The notes under the pieces are model-generated. The model was not told where the DNA came from. It ran no database searches and saw nothing but the letters and a program-made list of their open reading frames with translations. A stretch of 64,000 nt of DNA from a virus, in the IMG/VR virus record IMGVR_UViG_3300044957_000729; one strand, written 5' to 3'. Positions 38,311 through 48,561 of this stretch are shown one piece after another (the stretch's first letter is position 1; every line of letters begins with the position of its first letter). Position numbers and translations under genes: made by a program.

Positions 38311-39177
38311 ATGAAAAAAATAGTAAGCTTTAAATTATTCGAAAATGGTAAATTTGACTACAATGATCTTTTTTTAAGAAAAGATTATAAAAAGCATCTT
38401 GAGTTTTCATTAAGAGGTGAAGCTAAGTGTAACGAGGATAAAGATTTTGTTAGATGGTGTGCTTATAAAGCATACACAAATTCTATATTAGAAATGAATC
38501 CTCCTAGTAGTGTAATTGATTCATTTGACATTGAGAAAAAAACACCATTCCCTGATGGATTATTAACATCATTCAATTTTAACAAGGAGATAAGCATGGA
38601 TTCTAGTCTAGGTACAAAAAGTGTAGCTTGGTTTATAAAAAACTTCCTAGAGGAAAAAATAAAAAGAATACCTCCAGTAAATTCTGCAGTAACAATGGAA
38701 GTTAAAGAAGCTATAGCTTCTGCTGTACATGAATCTATAAAGAATGTGATAAACGAAATATTCTTACCTTCTAATATTAGTAATATTCAAAAATTAAAAT
38801 ATCTAGACTATTTAAAAAAATACACTAAGGAGAATTATTATAATTCATTAGGAGTGGACGATCTTGTTATTAATGAGCTGGATAAAAACTTCAAAATGGC
38901 TTCAGATCTTTATAAAGGAATTGAATTCTCTACTGATCTAGGAAAAAGAATATTTAATTTTATTAAGATATTTTCTATCCATAATATGGAATATTTTAAA
39001 AATATTCCACTCCCTGAGAGAATGGCAAATTATGTAGTTTTATACTTCAGAGAATCTGAAGATTCATTTAAAGCTGCAGACGAACTTAGAAAATCTAATG
39101 TGGGGATATATAACAGAATAAAAGATCTTTTACCTAATATAGACACTGCTGCAGATTTAGGGGATCTAGGATTTTAA
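38311..39177 (+). CDS. Hypothetical protein with capsid-targeting-like N-terminus, ending AADLGDLGF
   Basis: MKKIVSFKLFE. Confidence 0.6.
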   Translation: MKKIVSFKLFENGKFDYNDLFLRKDYKKHLEFSLRGEAKCNEDKDFVRWCAYKAYTNSILEMNPPSSVIDSFDIEKKTPFPDGLLTSFNFNKEISMDSSLGTKSVAWFIKNFLEEKIKRIPPVNSAVTMEVKEAIASAVHESIKNVINEIFLPSNISNIQKLKYLDYLKKYTKENYYNSLGVDDLVINELDKNFKMASDLYKGIEFSTDLGKRIFNFIKIFSIHNMEYFKNIPLPERMANYVVLYFRESEDSFKAADELRKSNVGIYNRIKDLLPNIDTAADLGDLGF

Positions 39178-39196
39178 AAATAAATAAAACAAAAAA

Positions 39197-39643
39197 ATGA
39201 CTTTCGACGAATTCAAAGACAAAGGAACAGAATTAAAAATGGACCTAGATATGGTTACAAGAAAAACCAAATCTTTAGGATCATCATCTGATATTGATGA
39301 TCATTTCATAAACCTTCTTTTATTCCAAGCACAGCTTAAAATAATGCACTGGGGTACAGAATCATATGCTGAACATAATGCCTTCGGATCTACATATGTA
39401 AGTATTGATGAAGGCTTAGATGCTTTAGTAGAATCATATCAAGGATATCACGGAAGAATAGATTTCGGGTGTGAATGTGAGTTTATAAGTTTTAAAAACG
39501 TTGAGTGCGACTCTTGGCTTAATTCTATGCTAGAATGTCTAGATAACTTAAGAGGAATGTTAAAAGAATCAGATTTACAAAATCTTATTGATGAGTTAAT
39601 AGCAGCAGTTTCTAAACTTAAATATCTATTAACCCTTAAATAA
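39197..39643 (+). CDS. Ferritin/Dps-like four-helix protein (DUF5856-like)
   Basis: QLKIMHW.TESYAEHNAFG...LVESYQG.HGRI...LQNLIDE...KYLLTLK. Confidence 0.7.
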   Translation: MTFDEFKDKGTELKMDLDMVTRKTKSLGSSSDIDDHFINLLLFQAQLKIMHWGTESYAEHNAFGSTYVSIDEGLDALVESYQGYHGRIDFGCECEFISFKNVECDSWLNSMLECLDNLRGMLKESDLQNLIDELIAAVSKLKYLLTLK

Positions 39644-39693
39644 CATTTTTTGATTGGTGGTATTTTTGTACCTTTGTTAAAACATTGTACACT

Positions 39694-40704
39694 ATGAAAA
39701 TAATGAATTTTAATCAGTTTATAAATGAGAGTTATTCACAATTTAATGAATTACCTAAAGCTGTTAAGGACTTCTTTATTAATGGTGCTCAAAAGAATAT
39801 TCTCTCCAAGGTTATAGGACTTAGAAATTTTTCCATAACCCTTGAAGGAGATAGAATTTATTTTACTATAAATGGTAGAAAGATATTGTTTCCGTTTGTT
39901 AATTATATAGGTGGAGAAGTCGTACCAAATACTAATAATCTTAAAGACCTTACATTAATAGAGAATTTTTATAAGGATTTAGGATTGAACTATTCAACTG
40001 GAATGTATCACCAAGATATAAAGAAAAGAATAGAAATCGAAGAGGGAAATTACACCCCTATCGAGGATGTTGACTACAGGATAATGTCTAGTGGGGAAAA
40101 ATTGCATTTTACAACAAGGGGTGTTGATGAAAATCTAGGATGGATAATCTATATAATTTTCGATTCTTTAAGAAAAGTGGTAAAGGAAGATATACCAGTT
40201 CTAAACCCCTTCTCCGATTTAGATTTAAATAATAATCCTTTAATTAAAATATTAGAAAAGCTTGGAGCTTATGTAGATACAAGCGAAGCTAGAAGGAAAA
40301 AGGGGATTCTAAGATTTTCCATTAAGGATTTTAATTATGGCTTGATAATACAGCCTAATGGTTATATCAGAAGGGAACTTGGACATAAAACACCTATTCT
40401 TAGCTCCAATATGGAGATATCAGAGCCCATGTATACTGAGGAGGATTTAAATCTAAAGCTTAGCTATTTAATAAGTTATCTTATGAAGGATTTACTTGTT
40501 TACAAGTTCAATGTTCCAGTAAAAGATGCAAACAAACTATGTAAATCTTATGTTTCTGGCGATCTGGATTCATATAGTAATTTACTCTTACAGATAGCAT
40601 CAACGAATCCCCAGATCGTTGTCATGATGCCAGACCCTAACGATGTATTAGATCCTGAGGTTAAAAAGGGTGCTTCTATGTTAAGCCGCTTTGGTTTGTT
40701 CTAA
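39694..40704 (+). CDS. Hypothetical capsid-targeted-like protein, paralogue of 51775
   Basis: MKIMNFNQFINES; C-terminus KGASMLSRFGLF. Confidence 0.6.
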   Translation: MKIMNFNQFINESYSQFNELPKAVKDFFINGAQKNILSKVIGLRNFSITLEGDRIYFTINGRKILFPFVNYIGGEVVPNTNNLKDLTLIENFYKDLGLNYSTGMYHQDIKKRIEIEEGNYTPIEDVDYRIMSSGEKLHFTTRGVDENLGWIIYIIFDSLRKVVKEDIPVLNPFSDLDLNNNPLIKILEKLGAYVDTSEARRKKGILRFSIKDFNYGLIIQPNGYIRRELGHKTPILSSNMEISEPMYTEEDLNLKLSYLISYLMKDLLVYKFNVPVKDANKLCKSYVSGDLDSYSNLLLQIASTNPQIVVMMPDPNDVLDPEVKKGASMLSRFGLF

Positions 40705-40753
40705 TTGAAACTTAACCAACCAACATCCATATAAAAGACATATTTTTTAGATT

Positions 40754-41113
40754 ATGTCATTTCACAAAAGGTACTATAATTGGGACAAAATAATGGATTA
40801 CTCTAAAAACCACGATTTTAATGGTTTTGATTTATGGATATCAAAGCCAGAGGCTCATATACTTCAGGATAATGAATCTAATGGTTTCTTCAAAGCATAT
40901 TTTTGTTACGAAAGTGACGACAGCAGAAACATTCTTTTTGATTGTCTTAAAAAGGAGTCTATTGAATTTGTAAGGGATCTTATAAAGTGTATAAATGTTG
41001 TAATGGATGAAAGAAATCAAGAAATACACAAAGAGTCTATTGAAATTTATCGAGATCTGTTTATAGTTAAATGGGACACACTAGCAGATAAATATAAATC
41101 ATTAATATTTTAA
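40754..41113 (+). CDS. Hypothetical protein
   Basis: 119-aa ORF after a GAAAC-N18-TATAA motif. Confidence 0.55.
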   Translation: MSFHKRYYNWDKIMDYSKNHDFNGFDLWISKPEAHILQDNESNGFFKAYFCYESDDSRNILFDCLKKESIEFVRDLIKCINVVMDERNQEIHKESIEIYRDLFIVKWDTLADKYKSLIF

Positions 41114-41118
41114 ATAAG

Positions 41119-41376
41119 ATGGAAGAAAAAACACTAAAAGTAGATCTTAGTTCTACGCCTTGGATTAAATGCGAGGGAGGTAATATGTTATGGGAATCAT
41201 CCATGCTTTTTAAAAGACTGTCCCCACTTATGAGCCCTTCTGGGAAAGAAGAGCTTATGCCTGCCGAGGTAATTACTTGTAAGAAATGTGGTAAAGTTCC
41301 TAAATTTTTCTTTGATGCTGCTAAGGGTATTCCAGAAGAGCTTAAATCAACATGTCACACCGACATAATATCATAA
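41119..41376 (+). CDS. Small Zn-ribbon-like protein
   Basis: IKCEGG...LSPLMSPSGKE...CKKCG. Confidence 0.55.
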   Translation: MEEKTLKVDLSSTPWIKCEGGNMLWESSMLFKRLSPLMSPSGKEELMPAEVITCKKCGKVPKFFFDAAKGIPEELKSTCHTDIIS

Positions 41377-41450
41377 AATAAACATTTTTACTGAATCGTT
41401 TTTTTCTTGTATCCTTTTACTTACCTTTGGGTAAACTAAAAATAAAAAAA

Positions 41451-41759
41451 ATGGAAAGAAAAGAAATAAAAGTCATTTTGACTAACTACGCAACTAAAGC
41501 TGGTAAATTTGCCTTAATAGGCGGAATCTTTATTTTAGGATACGTTTGCTCCGATGTTTATCACATGATAATTAAAGCAGAATCGCAAAAAACAGAGGAG
41601 TCTTCAATTCCCAAGTTAACCAAAAAGATTGATAAGATATCAGTAGCCATAAACGAAAGAAATGAGCTAATGATTATCGACCGTACAGATGGTAGCTACG
41701 AGATTTACCAGGACTCGATAGGTCGATGTATATTTAATCTTTATGCAAACGTAATTTAA
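41451..41759 (+). CDS. Single-pass membrane protein
   Basis: FALIGGIFILGYVC TM segment; early-type promoter upstream. Confidence 0.55.
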   Translation: MERKEIKVILTNYATKAGKFALIGGIFILGYVCSDVYHMIIKAESQKTEESSIPKLTKKIDKISVAINERNELMIIDRTDGSYEIYQDSIGRCIFNLYANVI

Positions 41760-41776
41760 ACTAAATACCAGAATCC

Positions 41777-42304
41777 ATGAAAACCTATTCTTTAGTGCTA
41801 AAGATAGGATTAGTAGGCATTTTAACAGTCCCATTAAGGCTATATTTTGAGTCTAATGAGATAAAAAGGATAAATTATAATGTAAACCATGGGAGCGTTA
41901 TTTTAAACGCTCCTACGGCTGTTAAAATGTTTAATTCTATCGAGGTATACTCCAAAAAATATGATATACCTTTAAAGTATGCGTTGGGTATTGCCTATGC
42001 AGAAACAAGATATCAAGGACCCTTTCATTGGTCTTATAATCCTCAGCAAAAATCTTCCGCGGGAGCATTAGGACCTATGCAAATAATGCCAGGCACCGCT
42101 AATTCTGTATGGGGAAAGCAAATACCGAAGGATCAATTGATTTCTGATATAGATTTTAATGTTGAAACTTCAATGAAGGTTTTGAGAAGACTACATGACA
42201 AGTATGGTGATTGGAAGCTAGTTTTTGGGTGTTATAATACTGGAAGACCTTGCATCAATGGTTATGCTGAAAAAGTTTATAATTTTAATCCGAGCAAAAA
42301 ATAA
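41777..42304 (+). CDS. SLT-domain lytic transglycosylase with N-terminal hydrophobic anchor
   Basis: AYAETRY catalytic Glu, SSAGALGPMQIMP, CYNTG. Confidence 0.85.
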   Translation: MKTYSLVLKIGLVGILTVPLRLYFESNEIKRINYNVNHGSVILNAPTAVKMFNSIEVYSKKYDIPLKYALGIAYAETRYQGPFHWSYNPQQKSSAGALGPMQIMPGTANSVWGKQIPKDQLISDIDFNVETSMKVLRRLHDKYGDWKLVFGCYNTGRPCINGYAEKVYNFNPSKK

Positions 42305-42359
42305 AATACGTATCAATTGATAATTTAACAATAAAGGTGATATATAATGTAAAAATTAT

Positions 42360-42872
42360 ATGGAAATGAGCTCAATAAAAAGATTTGATCAGTTTCTTAA
42401 TGAAGAAAAATGGATCAAAAGCGCTATAGAACACCCAGGAGCTCTTAGAAGACATTTTCATAAGAAGGAGGGAGAAAAGATCACTAAAACTGAAATAAGT
42501 GATGAAATAGCGGATCTTATGAGAAAAGACATGGACAAGAAAAAGCCAGGTGCTCAGTTAGGTAAAAGAGATGCTACTCTTTACAAAAGACTTCAATTAG
42601 CAAAAACTCTCAGAGGTATGAATGAGGATCACGATGAGATGGATAATTATATGTTCTTTGCAAATGTTTCTAATATAAAAAGAATGTGTGAGGAAATATT
42701 ACAAATGGATCCCACAGAAGTCGATTCCCTTCTTAGTGACGGACACGGATGGGCTACTGATCATATAGCAACTTCTAAAGATGATGTTGAAGAAGTTTAT
42801 GGATTTTTAAAATCCTCAATGGAATTACATCATGATGAAGAGGGTATGATCTACGATGGAGAGGAATGTTAA
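42360..42872 (+). CDS. Hypothetical protein with capsid-targeting-like N-terminus
   Basis: IKRFDQFLNEE; GATATATA at about 42339. Confidence 0.6.
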   Translation: MEMSSIKRFDQFLNEEKWIKSAIEHPGALRRHFHKKEGEKITKTEISDEIADLMRKDMDKKKPGAQLGKRDATLYKRLQLAKTLRGMNEDHDEMDNYMFFANVSNIKRMCEEILQMDPTEVDSLLSDGHGWATDHIATSKDDVEEVYGFLKSSMELHHDEEGMIYDGEEC

Positions 42873-42886
42873 AATAAAAATAAAAA

Positions 42887-44959
42887 ATGAGATACCTGTC
42901 ACTATTCGACGATTTTAACCAAATTGACGAGTCTTACTCATTCGATCAGGAATCTTTGTTAGAGGCAAAGATAAACCAGATGATAATGCTTAGAGAAGAT
43001 TGTACTGCCGCTTGGGATGTACAAGAATTTATCGATTTCTTCTCACCTGTGGTTAACACACTTAATGAAAGTGCTTTCCTTGAGGATAAAGAATTTTTAT
43101 TAGAAAAAGCATATTACACATATGAACTAGGTGTTCTTTATGAAAATAAGAAAGAGTGGTTTCAAGACAACGAAAAAATTCATTATCTAGTTGATCAAGA
43201 GGAGGACGATCAAAAAGTTATACTCTTCAAAAACAATCAGCTTCATTTTATACAGAAAGAATCATTAGAAGCAGTGCAGAGGGGAGAGCTTATAACTGAG
43301 GGTTTTTTTAGTAGTGTAGGAAATTTCTTCAGTAATGTTTATGCTGGTGCTAAAAATCTAGCAAAAAAGGCTGTAAGTGCAGTAAAAACATACGTTATTG
43401 AACCAGTTAAAAAAGCAGCTTCTTGGGTGGCTGATAAGGCAAAGCAAGCTTGGGAGTTTCTTAGTGATGGAGCAATAAAAGTCTGGAATTTCTGTAAGAA
43501 AATTTATGCAGCTGTCGCTGCTTTCGCCAAAGAAAACCCTCTAACTGCAATAGGTATTGGATTACAGATATTAGCTACCGTTGTTGGCTTTATTCCAGTT
43601 GCTGGCCAAGCTATAGCCGGTGTACTACTAATGATTGCTGGGGGTATTACTGTCTACGAGGGTGGATCCAATATAATTAAAGCTAGTAAGGAAGTAGGAA
43701 AAGCTGAAAAGGTTGTTAATATTGTTAAAGGAGGAGCTAAAATAGTATTAGGTACAGCTAGTACAATACTAGGAATAAGAGACGTTGTAATGGCAGCGGG
43801 AGAAGCTGCTACAGGAACAGGGGGATTCGGATTAGCATTAAAGACTTCAGTAGTTGGTTGGACTGAGAAATTTACAAAAACAGCATTTGGTGGCATTGCA
43901 GCGGCTGGAGTTGGTAAAGCTTTAGGATGTTCAGCTTTGCTGGGTGAATTCTTCCAAACACTTTGCGCAAAAGCACCTTTTATGGCTAAACTTGGTGGAA
44001 CTGGTGCTAAGGTTGCTAAATATACTTCTCAAGGTTTAGATGCAGCTAAAAAATCCGGAGAAGATGAAGTACTAGCAAACAGCGGTGAAACCAATTCATA
44101 TCAATGGGATCAAAGAATAAATGAGGATGCCTCAGGGTCTTGGGGATTTGGTGAAATAGTTATTAATTTCTTAGCCTATATCGGTAACGCTTGTTTTTCT
44201 TGGCTTTATAACGTTGTAGTTTCTGGTATATCAGCAGTTGGATCCGCTATTAAAAGCCTACTTAATCTGCCTGGTAATATATCAAAGTCCATAGAAAGAT
44301 TTCAGAAGAATGCAGATGGATGGATATCTAGAAAAATTGCAGGAGCCCTCTCATATGTTGTTAAGCCTTTAACTAACTGTGCACAAGGATTCATTGATAA
44401 GTATGTGAAACCAGCTGCAGAACCTATAGCAAACTGGATGGTTTCCCTGGGGAAAAGAAATAAAGGAATAATCAAAGCAATAAACGATAATCCTAATCTT
44501 AAATCTCCAGTACCTGGATTAAAGAAGCAAGGACCTAAGGAAATACCGAAAAAAGAGGTCAAGTTAACATCAGCAGATAAAAAGAATATAGCTAAAATAG
44601 GTGACAAAGGAACCAAAACAATGGTTAAAGCTGGTGGAGGAAGTCAAAAGCTACTAAAAATGATAGATAAAAAGCAAGAGGGGTTTACAAAAAAATTCCC
44701 TGGTGTTGCTAAAATAAAAGGATCTTTTGGAGAGAGTAAAACAGGGACTCCAGTTTTCACTTATAAATCAAGAGCTGCTGATGGTTATGTTACGTTATTT
44801 AATAATGCTAGATACTTTGTACTGGACGGGCCAAATAAAGGAACTAAAGGAGACTTTAAATCTGAGAAAGATAAAATAGTCCTAGTTGAACCTAAAGGGG
44901 GGTTTAAAAATAACGAATCGAGAAGGTATATCCTATCTATAAATTCTTTCTTTGGTTGA
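42887..44959 (+). CDS. Large Gly/Ala-rich protein with hydrophobic helices and capsid-targeting-like N-terminus (possible ejected membrane protein)
   Basis: MRYLSLFDDF; LTAIGIGLQILATVVGFIPVAGQAIAGVLLMIAGG hydrophobic hairpin. Confidence 0.55.
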   Translation: MRYLSLFDDFNQIDESYSFDQESLLEAKINQMIMLREDCTAAWDVQEFIDFFSPVVNTLNESAFLEDKEFLLEKAYYTYELGVLYENKKEWFQDNEKIHYLVDQEEDDQKVILFKNNQLHFIQKESLEAVQRGELITEGFFSSVGNFFSNVYAGAKNLAKKAVSAVKTYVIEPVKKAASWVADKAKQAWEFLSDGAIKVWNFCKKIYAAVAAFAKENPLTAIGIGLQILATVVGFIPVAGQAIAGVLLMIAGGITVYEGGSNIIKASKEVGKAEKVVNIVKGGAKIVLGTASTILGIRDVVMAAGEAATGTGGFGLALKTSVVGWTEKFTKTAFGGIAAAGVGKALGCSALLGEFFQTLCAKAPFMAKLGGTGAKVAKYTSQGLDAAKKSGEDEVLANSGETNSYQWDQRINEDASGSWGFGEIVINFLAYIGNACFSWLYNVVVSGISAVGSAIKSLLNLPGNISKSIERFQKNADGWISRKIAGALSYVVKPLTNCAQGFIDKYVKPAAEPIANWMVSLGKRNKGIIKAINDNPNLKSPVPGLKKQGPKEIPKKEVKLTSADKKNIAKIGDKGTKTMVKAGGGSQKLLKMIDKKQEGFTKKFPGVAKIKGSFGESKTGTPVFTYKSRAADGYVTLFNNARYFVLDGPNKGTKGDFKSEKDKIVLVEPKGGFKNNESRRYILSINSFFG

Positions 44960-45000
44960 AAACAATTTATTAATTAGATATATAAAGTATAAAAAACAAA

Positions 45001-46596
45001 ATGAAAAAACAAGTATTATCATTTAATGAATTTATAAATGAAGCCTATCAGATGATTCAAGAGGCATCAAAAACTAGGGACTGGGCTCAAGTTAGTGCCT
45101 TTTTTAGTGAATATTTTAACACTGATCAAAAAAAAATATTCGCGGATATACGGACTATTCTTGATGATGATTCACGTGAATCAGAGGAAAAAGGTTCGAT
45201 CTTAAAAAAAATAAGCAACTATTTCGGAGCAATCCTCAATGATCAATTAGCCGGACAATATTTAAATGTCGAAAGTATTGACGTAGATGTAGAACAAATA
45301 GAATTTGATAAGTGTATAATGAGGATGTTTCCAGTTACTACGGAAGGAACCCCCATAGGCAAGGATGTAAAAATATTAGACACAGATTCAAATGAAATAA
45401 CATTCGGAAAATTTACTCAAAAAGATGGATATATGAAAATTACAGATTTTCTAAATATGGTTAACATCCTTAACATGGGTAAGCTTGGAAATGAAAATGT
45501 AATAGCAGTCAACAAGAGAGGTAAGGCTCAATTTGACCGCATGGAGAAAGAAGAAAGAGGGCAAAAATCTAAATTTGGTGGTTTTGTAGGATTATTTTAT
45601 AGAAGATTCGACAAAACAAAAATAGAAGGATCTGGTGCACAGAACAACTACTTCATTACTCAAGCAACGGATAACATTGAAATACAGCAATGGAGAGATA
45701 ATAGTAGGATCAAACCACTTGTAGGAAAAGCTGAGGGCGTCAATAAAAATAAGGCTGCGATCGATGCTCCTTTAAAAGCGTCCCTACAAGGAGCTTTATC
45801 AGCAACAAGATTAACCAAAAAAGCTGGCATGGCATTATTCCAGTTTGTTCTATATTCGATGGATCCTGTAAAAGGATATAAAAGGGGGAAAGGAACAGAA
45901 TTCTATAAAAATGAAATTCGAATGGTTAAAGTTCCTAGTAAAAGCGAAGGTAACATAACAAAAACCCTTGTTATAAATGATCCAGGCTCCTATGTATTTA
46001 AAGTAAATTCAACCGAGCTTACACCAACTGGGGGCCAAAAAATTTATACAGAAATAATGACTGATTTTAACACCGTTAGTTCTATTGAGCTTACTGGCTA
46101 TGCTTCTGCTGAAGGACCGGATCTTAACAATTTAAAGCTTTCCAAAGGAAGAGCTGATGCAACTAAAGATTTTTTAGATGAATATTTTAACGGAGTAAAA
46201 GTAGTAAATGGCGAAGTTCCAGCGGCAACAGACACTAAAGCAATTGCTGCAGAAATGAAAAAGTACGTTCAGCCAAAATCTGAAATAAATCAAACAATGA
46301 ACCAAACGCAGAAAGAGGAAGCGTACAAACCCTGGAGAAAAATATCCCTTAAAATTACGGGTACTACAATTTTACCTGCTCCAACACCTAAAGATGAGGA
46401 GAGGCCAATCAAAATTATAGAAAAAATCAAATATGATACAGTGGTGCTTAATCAAATGACAATAAGTATAAAAGTAGAGTTGGACAAGAAATTTGCTGTT
46501 AGAGCAGCCCAAACTAAATCTGGTGTTAGAGGAGGATCTGTGGCGTCAACGGAACCTGGAAAGAGGTTCAAAACTTCAAAGAAAGAATCTGAATAA
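45001..46596 (+). CDS. Capsid-targeted-like protein with an OmpA-like peptidoglycan-binding domain
   Basis: MKKQVLSFNEFINEA; FKVNSTELT...IELTGYASAEG...NLKLSKGRA...WRKI. Confidence 0.65.
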   Translation: MKKQVLSFNEFINEAYQMIQEASKTRDWAQVSAFFSEYFNTDQKKIFADIRTILDDDSRESEEKGSILKKISNYFGAILNDQLAGQYLNVESIDVDVEQIEFDKCIMRMFPVTTEGTPIGKDVKILDTDSNEITFGKFTQKDGYMKITDFLNMVNILNMGKLGNENVIAVNKRGKAQFDRMEKEERGQKSKFGGFVGLFYRRFDKTKIEGSGAQNNYFITQATDNIEIQQWRDNSRIKPLVGKAEGVNKNKAAIDAPLKASLQGALSATRLTKKAGMALFQFVLYSMDPVKGYKRGKGTEFYKNEIRMVKVPSKSEGNITKTLVINDPGSYVFKVNSTELTPTGGQKIYTEIMTDFNTVSSIELTGYASAEGPDLNNLKLSKGRADATKDFLDEYFNGVKVVNGEVPAATDTKAIAAEMKKYVQPKSEINQTMNQTQKEEAYKPWRKISLKITGTTILPAPTPKDEERPIKIIEKIKYDTVVLNQMTISIKVELDKKFAVRAAQTKSGVRGGSVASTEPGKRFKTSKKESE

Positions 46597-46616
46597 TAAT
46601 ATTTTTTAATCATAAC

Positions 46617-46648
46617 AAAAAAGCCCAGAATATTCTGGGCTTTTTTTT
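46617..46648. terminator. Bidirectional intrinsic terminator
   Basis: AAAAAAGCCCAGAATATTCTGGGCTTTTTTT between convergent genes. Confidence 0.85.
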
Positions 46649-46657
46649 GTTTATTTT

Positions 46658-47104
46658 TTAATCTATTGCTATTATAAAATAACAATCGTCCCCGTCCACT
46701 ATCTCTTCCACCCATATTTTCTTTGGGATATATATTTTGAAGTACAGTGGATTTGATTCTACTGTTTTAACAAGAAGCGTGTTGAAAAAATCAAAAGGTA
46801 CATCCTGGTAAAAATCTAGCGGAATAATTGCCGCTTTGTGTATGTGTGCGTCTACTTCGGAATTATAATTTTCTCCGCCTCCTTTTAATTCGCCAAAAAA
46901 GTTAAAGCAACCCTGTTTAAGCGACTCATCTATGGATAATTCATATCCGTATTTTTCTTTCATTGTGATTTGTATCGAATCAATAATTTTATTTAAGTTT
47001 TTATTGATTGGTGGGTCCGCTGCTAAAGACACTGTACTAATTAGTACGAAAGAAAGTGCAATCACTGAGGATTTTAGGACTTTCAAAAAATTAATTGTTT
47101 TCAT
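46658..47104 (-). CDS. Secreted/periplasmic protein (Sec signal peptide) under an early-type promoter
   Basis: MKTINFLKVLKSSVIALSFVLISTVSLA-ADPP. Confidence 0.65.
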   Translation of the reverse strand: MKTINFLKVLKSSVIALSFVLISTVSLAADPPINKNLNKIIDSIQITMKEKYGYELSIDESLKQGCFNFFGELKGGGENYNSEVDAHIHKAAIIPLDFYQDVPFDFFNTLLVKTVESNPLYFKIYIPKKIWVEEIVDGDDCYFIIAID

Positions 47105-47171
47105 AACTTTATTTTTTTTAATTGTTAGACCACTCAAATGTAGAGCATAACCTATAATAAAAAAAAGGATT
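47098..47171. repeat. ~74-bp direct repeat, copy 1 (promoter and leader of the minus-strand gene)
   Basis: Differs from 49011-49083 by one substitution and one T. Confidence 0.9.
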
Positions 47172-47219
47172 CTTTGAATTTATTTTAAAATAGAGATATA
47201 TAATAGAAAAACAAAAAAA

Positions 47220-48503
47220 ATGAAAAAACAGGTATTATCGTTCGTCGAATTCGTGTTTGAAGCATATAACACTATTAATGAGGAAGACAAAGTTACAGTA
47301 GGATCTTTTGATCCCCTAAAAAAAACCCTAGGAGGGGGATTAAGTTTTAATAAAACTGAGAATGAAAGATTTAAGTTAACAATCGACAGACTAAATATGC
47401 TTAATCCTTCTAAAACAGTAGCTGAAGAGGTTCTCGAAAGGGCAGAGGGTATAACGGAGAGGATAAACCAATCATCAGAAGGGGTTAAGATATCATCAGC
47501 AGGAATAACACAGGCTGCTACCGTTAAAAACAAATATGGATGGCTAGTAAATGGTACATGCAGAGTTCAAAATGATATTTCTTCCGACGTTTCTGATCCG
47601 GGAGCAGATACTCCTGGGTATAATGGAACAGATACCACTACTGTAGCTGTGGCACCAATAGCAGCAGTGTTAAAAAAATTGTTTGCACATAACCTAGATA
47701 CAGCTAATAAATTGTTATCGCGACCAAAAAAGGAACTTAAATCCGACTCAAATTTTGGAACAAAAGGTAAGGGTAAGGGGAAAGCTGGTTACGTGTTTTA
47801 TACTATTGATGAAGACTCATTGAAAGGAGATGTTATACAAATTATTGAATTTAAGGATGATGTCCCAGGAACTCCAACTGGAGAATATGGATTTGGATTC
47901 CCTGTTTATACAATTGCAGAAGATCCGGAAGGAGGTCTTGCAATTGAGACAGGAACTAATGAGATATCCAAGGATATTTACGATGTGGTGCTTCCCCCAG
48001 ATCCAACAGCAACAGTTGTGACTGTGGAGAATAAGCCTTACAAATCCTCGGGAGTAGATTTCTTTGAAGAAAATGAGGTTAAGATTGGTGAGGATGGTAT
48101 GGCAGCTCTTAGAGCTATTCTATCTGAATTTAATACAATTTCAAAAATCGTAGTTAATGGAGGAGCATCTAGCAAACCAACTTCCAGACCAGGAGGAAAC
48201 GAAAAATTAGCCAAGGATCGAAGGGCTGCTGGAATTGCTGCTTTGAACCAAATGAAAAAAGATGAGGTTACTCAGTTAGCTAAGGCTACTATTACTGAAG
48301 GCGAAGCAAAAGTACAGGCTGCAGCACCTTCGGAAAGTGATCCTAAGAATCAGCAGGTTTCTTTTATAATCTCAGGAACAATTAAAAAAATGGTAGAGAG
48401 CCCAGATCCAACACCGGTTGTTATAAAGAAAGTTGATTCCAAAATGGCTATGGTAGTAACATTTAAAAAACAATATTTATATTGTAGTTATAATATATCT
48501 TAA
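47220..48503 (+). CDS. Second capsid-targeted-like OmpA-like domain protein (paralogue of 45001)
   Basis: MKKQVLSFVEFVFEAY; FFEENEVKI...IVVNGGASS...NEKLAKDRRA...NQQV. Confidence 0.6.
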   Translation: MKKQVLSFVEFVFEAYNTINEEDKVTVGSFDPLKKTLGGGLSFNKTENERFKLTIDRLNMLNPSKTVAEEVLERAEGITERINQSSEGVKISSAGITQAATVKNKYGWLVNGTCRVQNDISSDVSDPGADTPGYNGTDTTTVAVAPIAAVLKKLFAHNLDTANKLLSRPKKELKSDSNFGTKGKGKGKAGYVFYTIDEDSLKGDVIQIIEFKDDVPGTPTGEYGFGFPVYTIAEDPEGGLAIETGTNEISKDIYDVVLPPDPTATVVTVENKPYKSSGVDFFEENEVKIGEDGMAALRAILSEFNTISKIVVNGGASSKPTSRPGGNEKLAKDRRAAGIAALNQMKKDEVTQLAKATITEGEAKVQAAAPSESDPKNQQVSFIISGTIKKMVESPDPTPVVIKKVDSKMAMVVTFKKQYLYCSYNIS

Positions 48504-48516
48504 TATCAAAGAACAC

Positions 48517-48548
48517 AAAAAAGCCTATCCGAAAGATAGGCTTTTTTT
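48517..48548. terminator. Bidirectional intrinsic terminator
   Basis: AAAAAAGCCTATCCGAAAGATAGGCTTTTTTT. Confidence 0.85.
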
Positions 48549-48561
48549 GCGATAAGGAAAT

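Noticed and set aside
11516-41759. In-frame TAA at 11516 and probably at 41757 as programmed readthrough
   Set aside because: Only isolated cases with no shared context; point mutation or sequencing error is simpler
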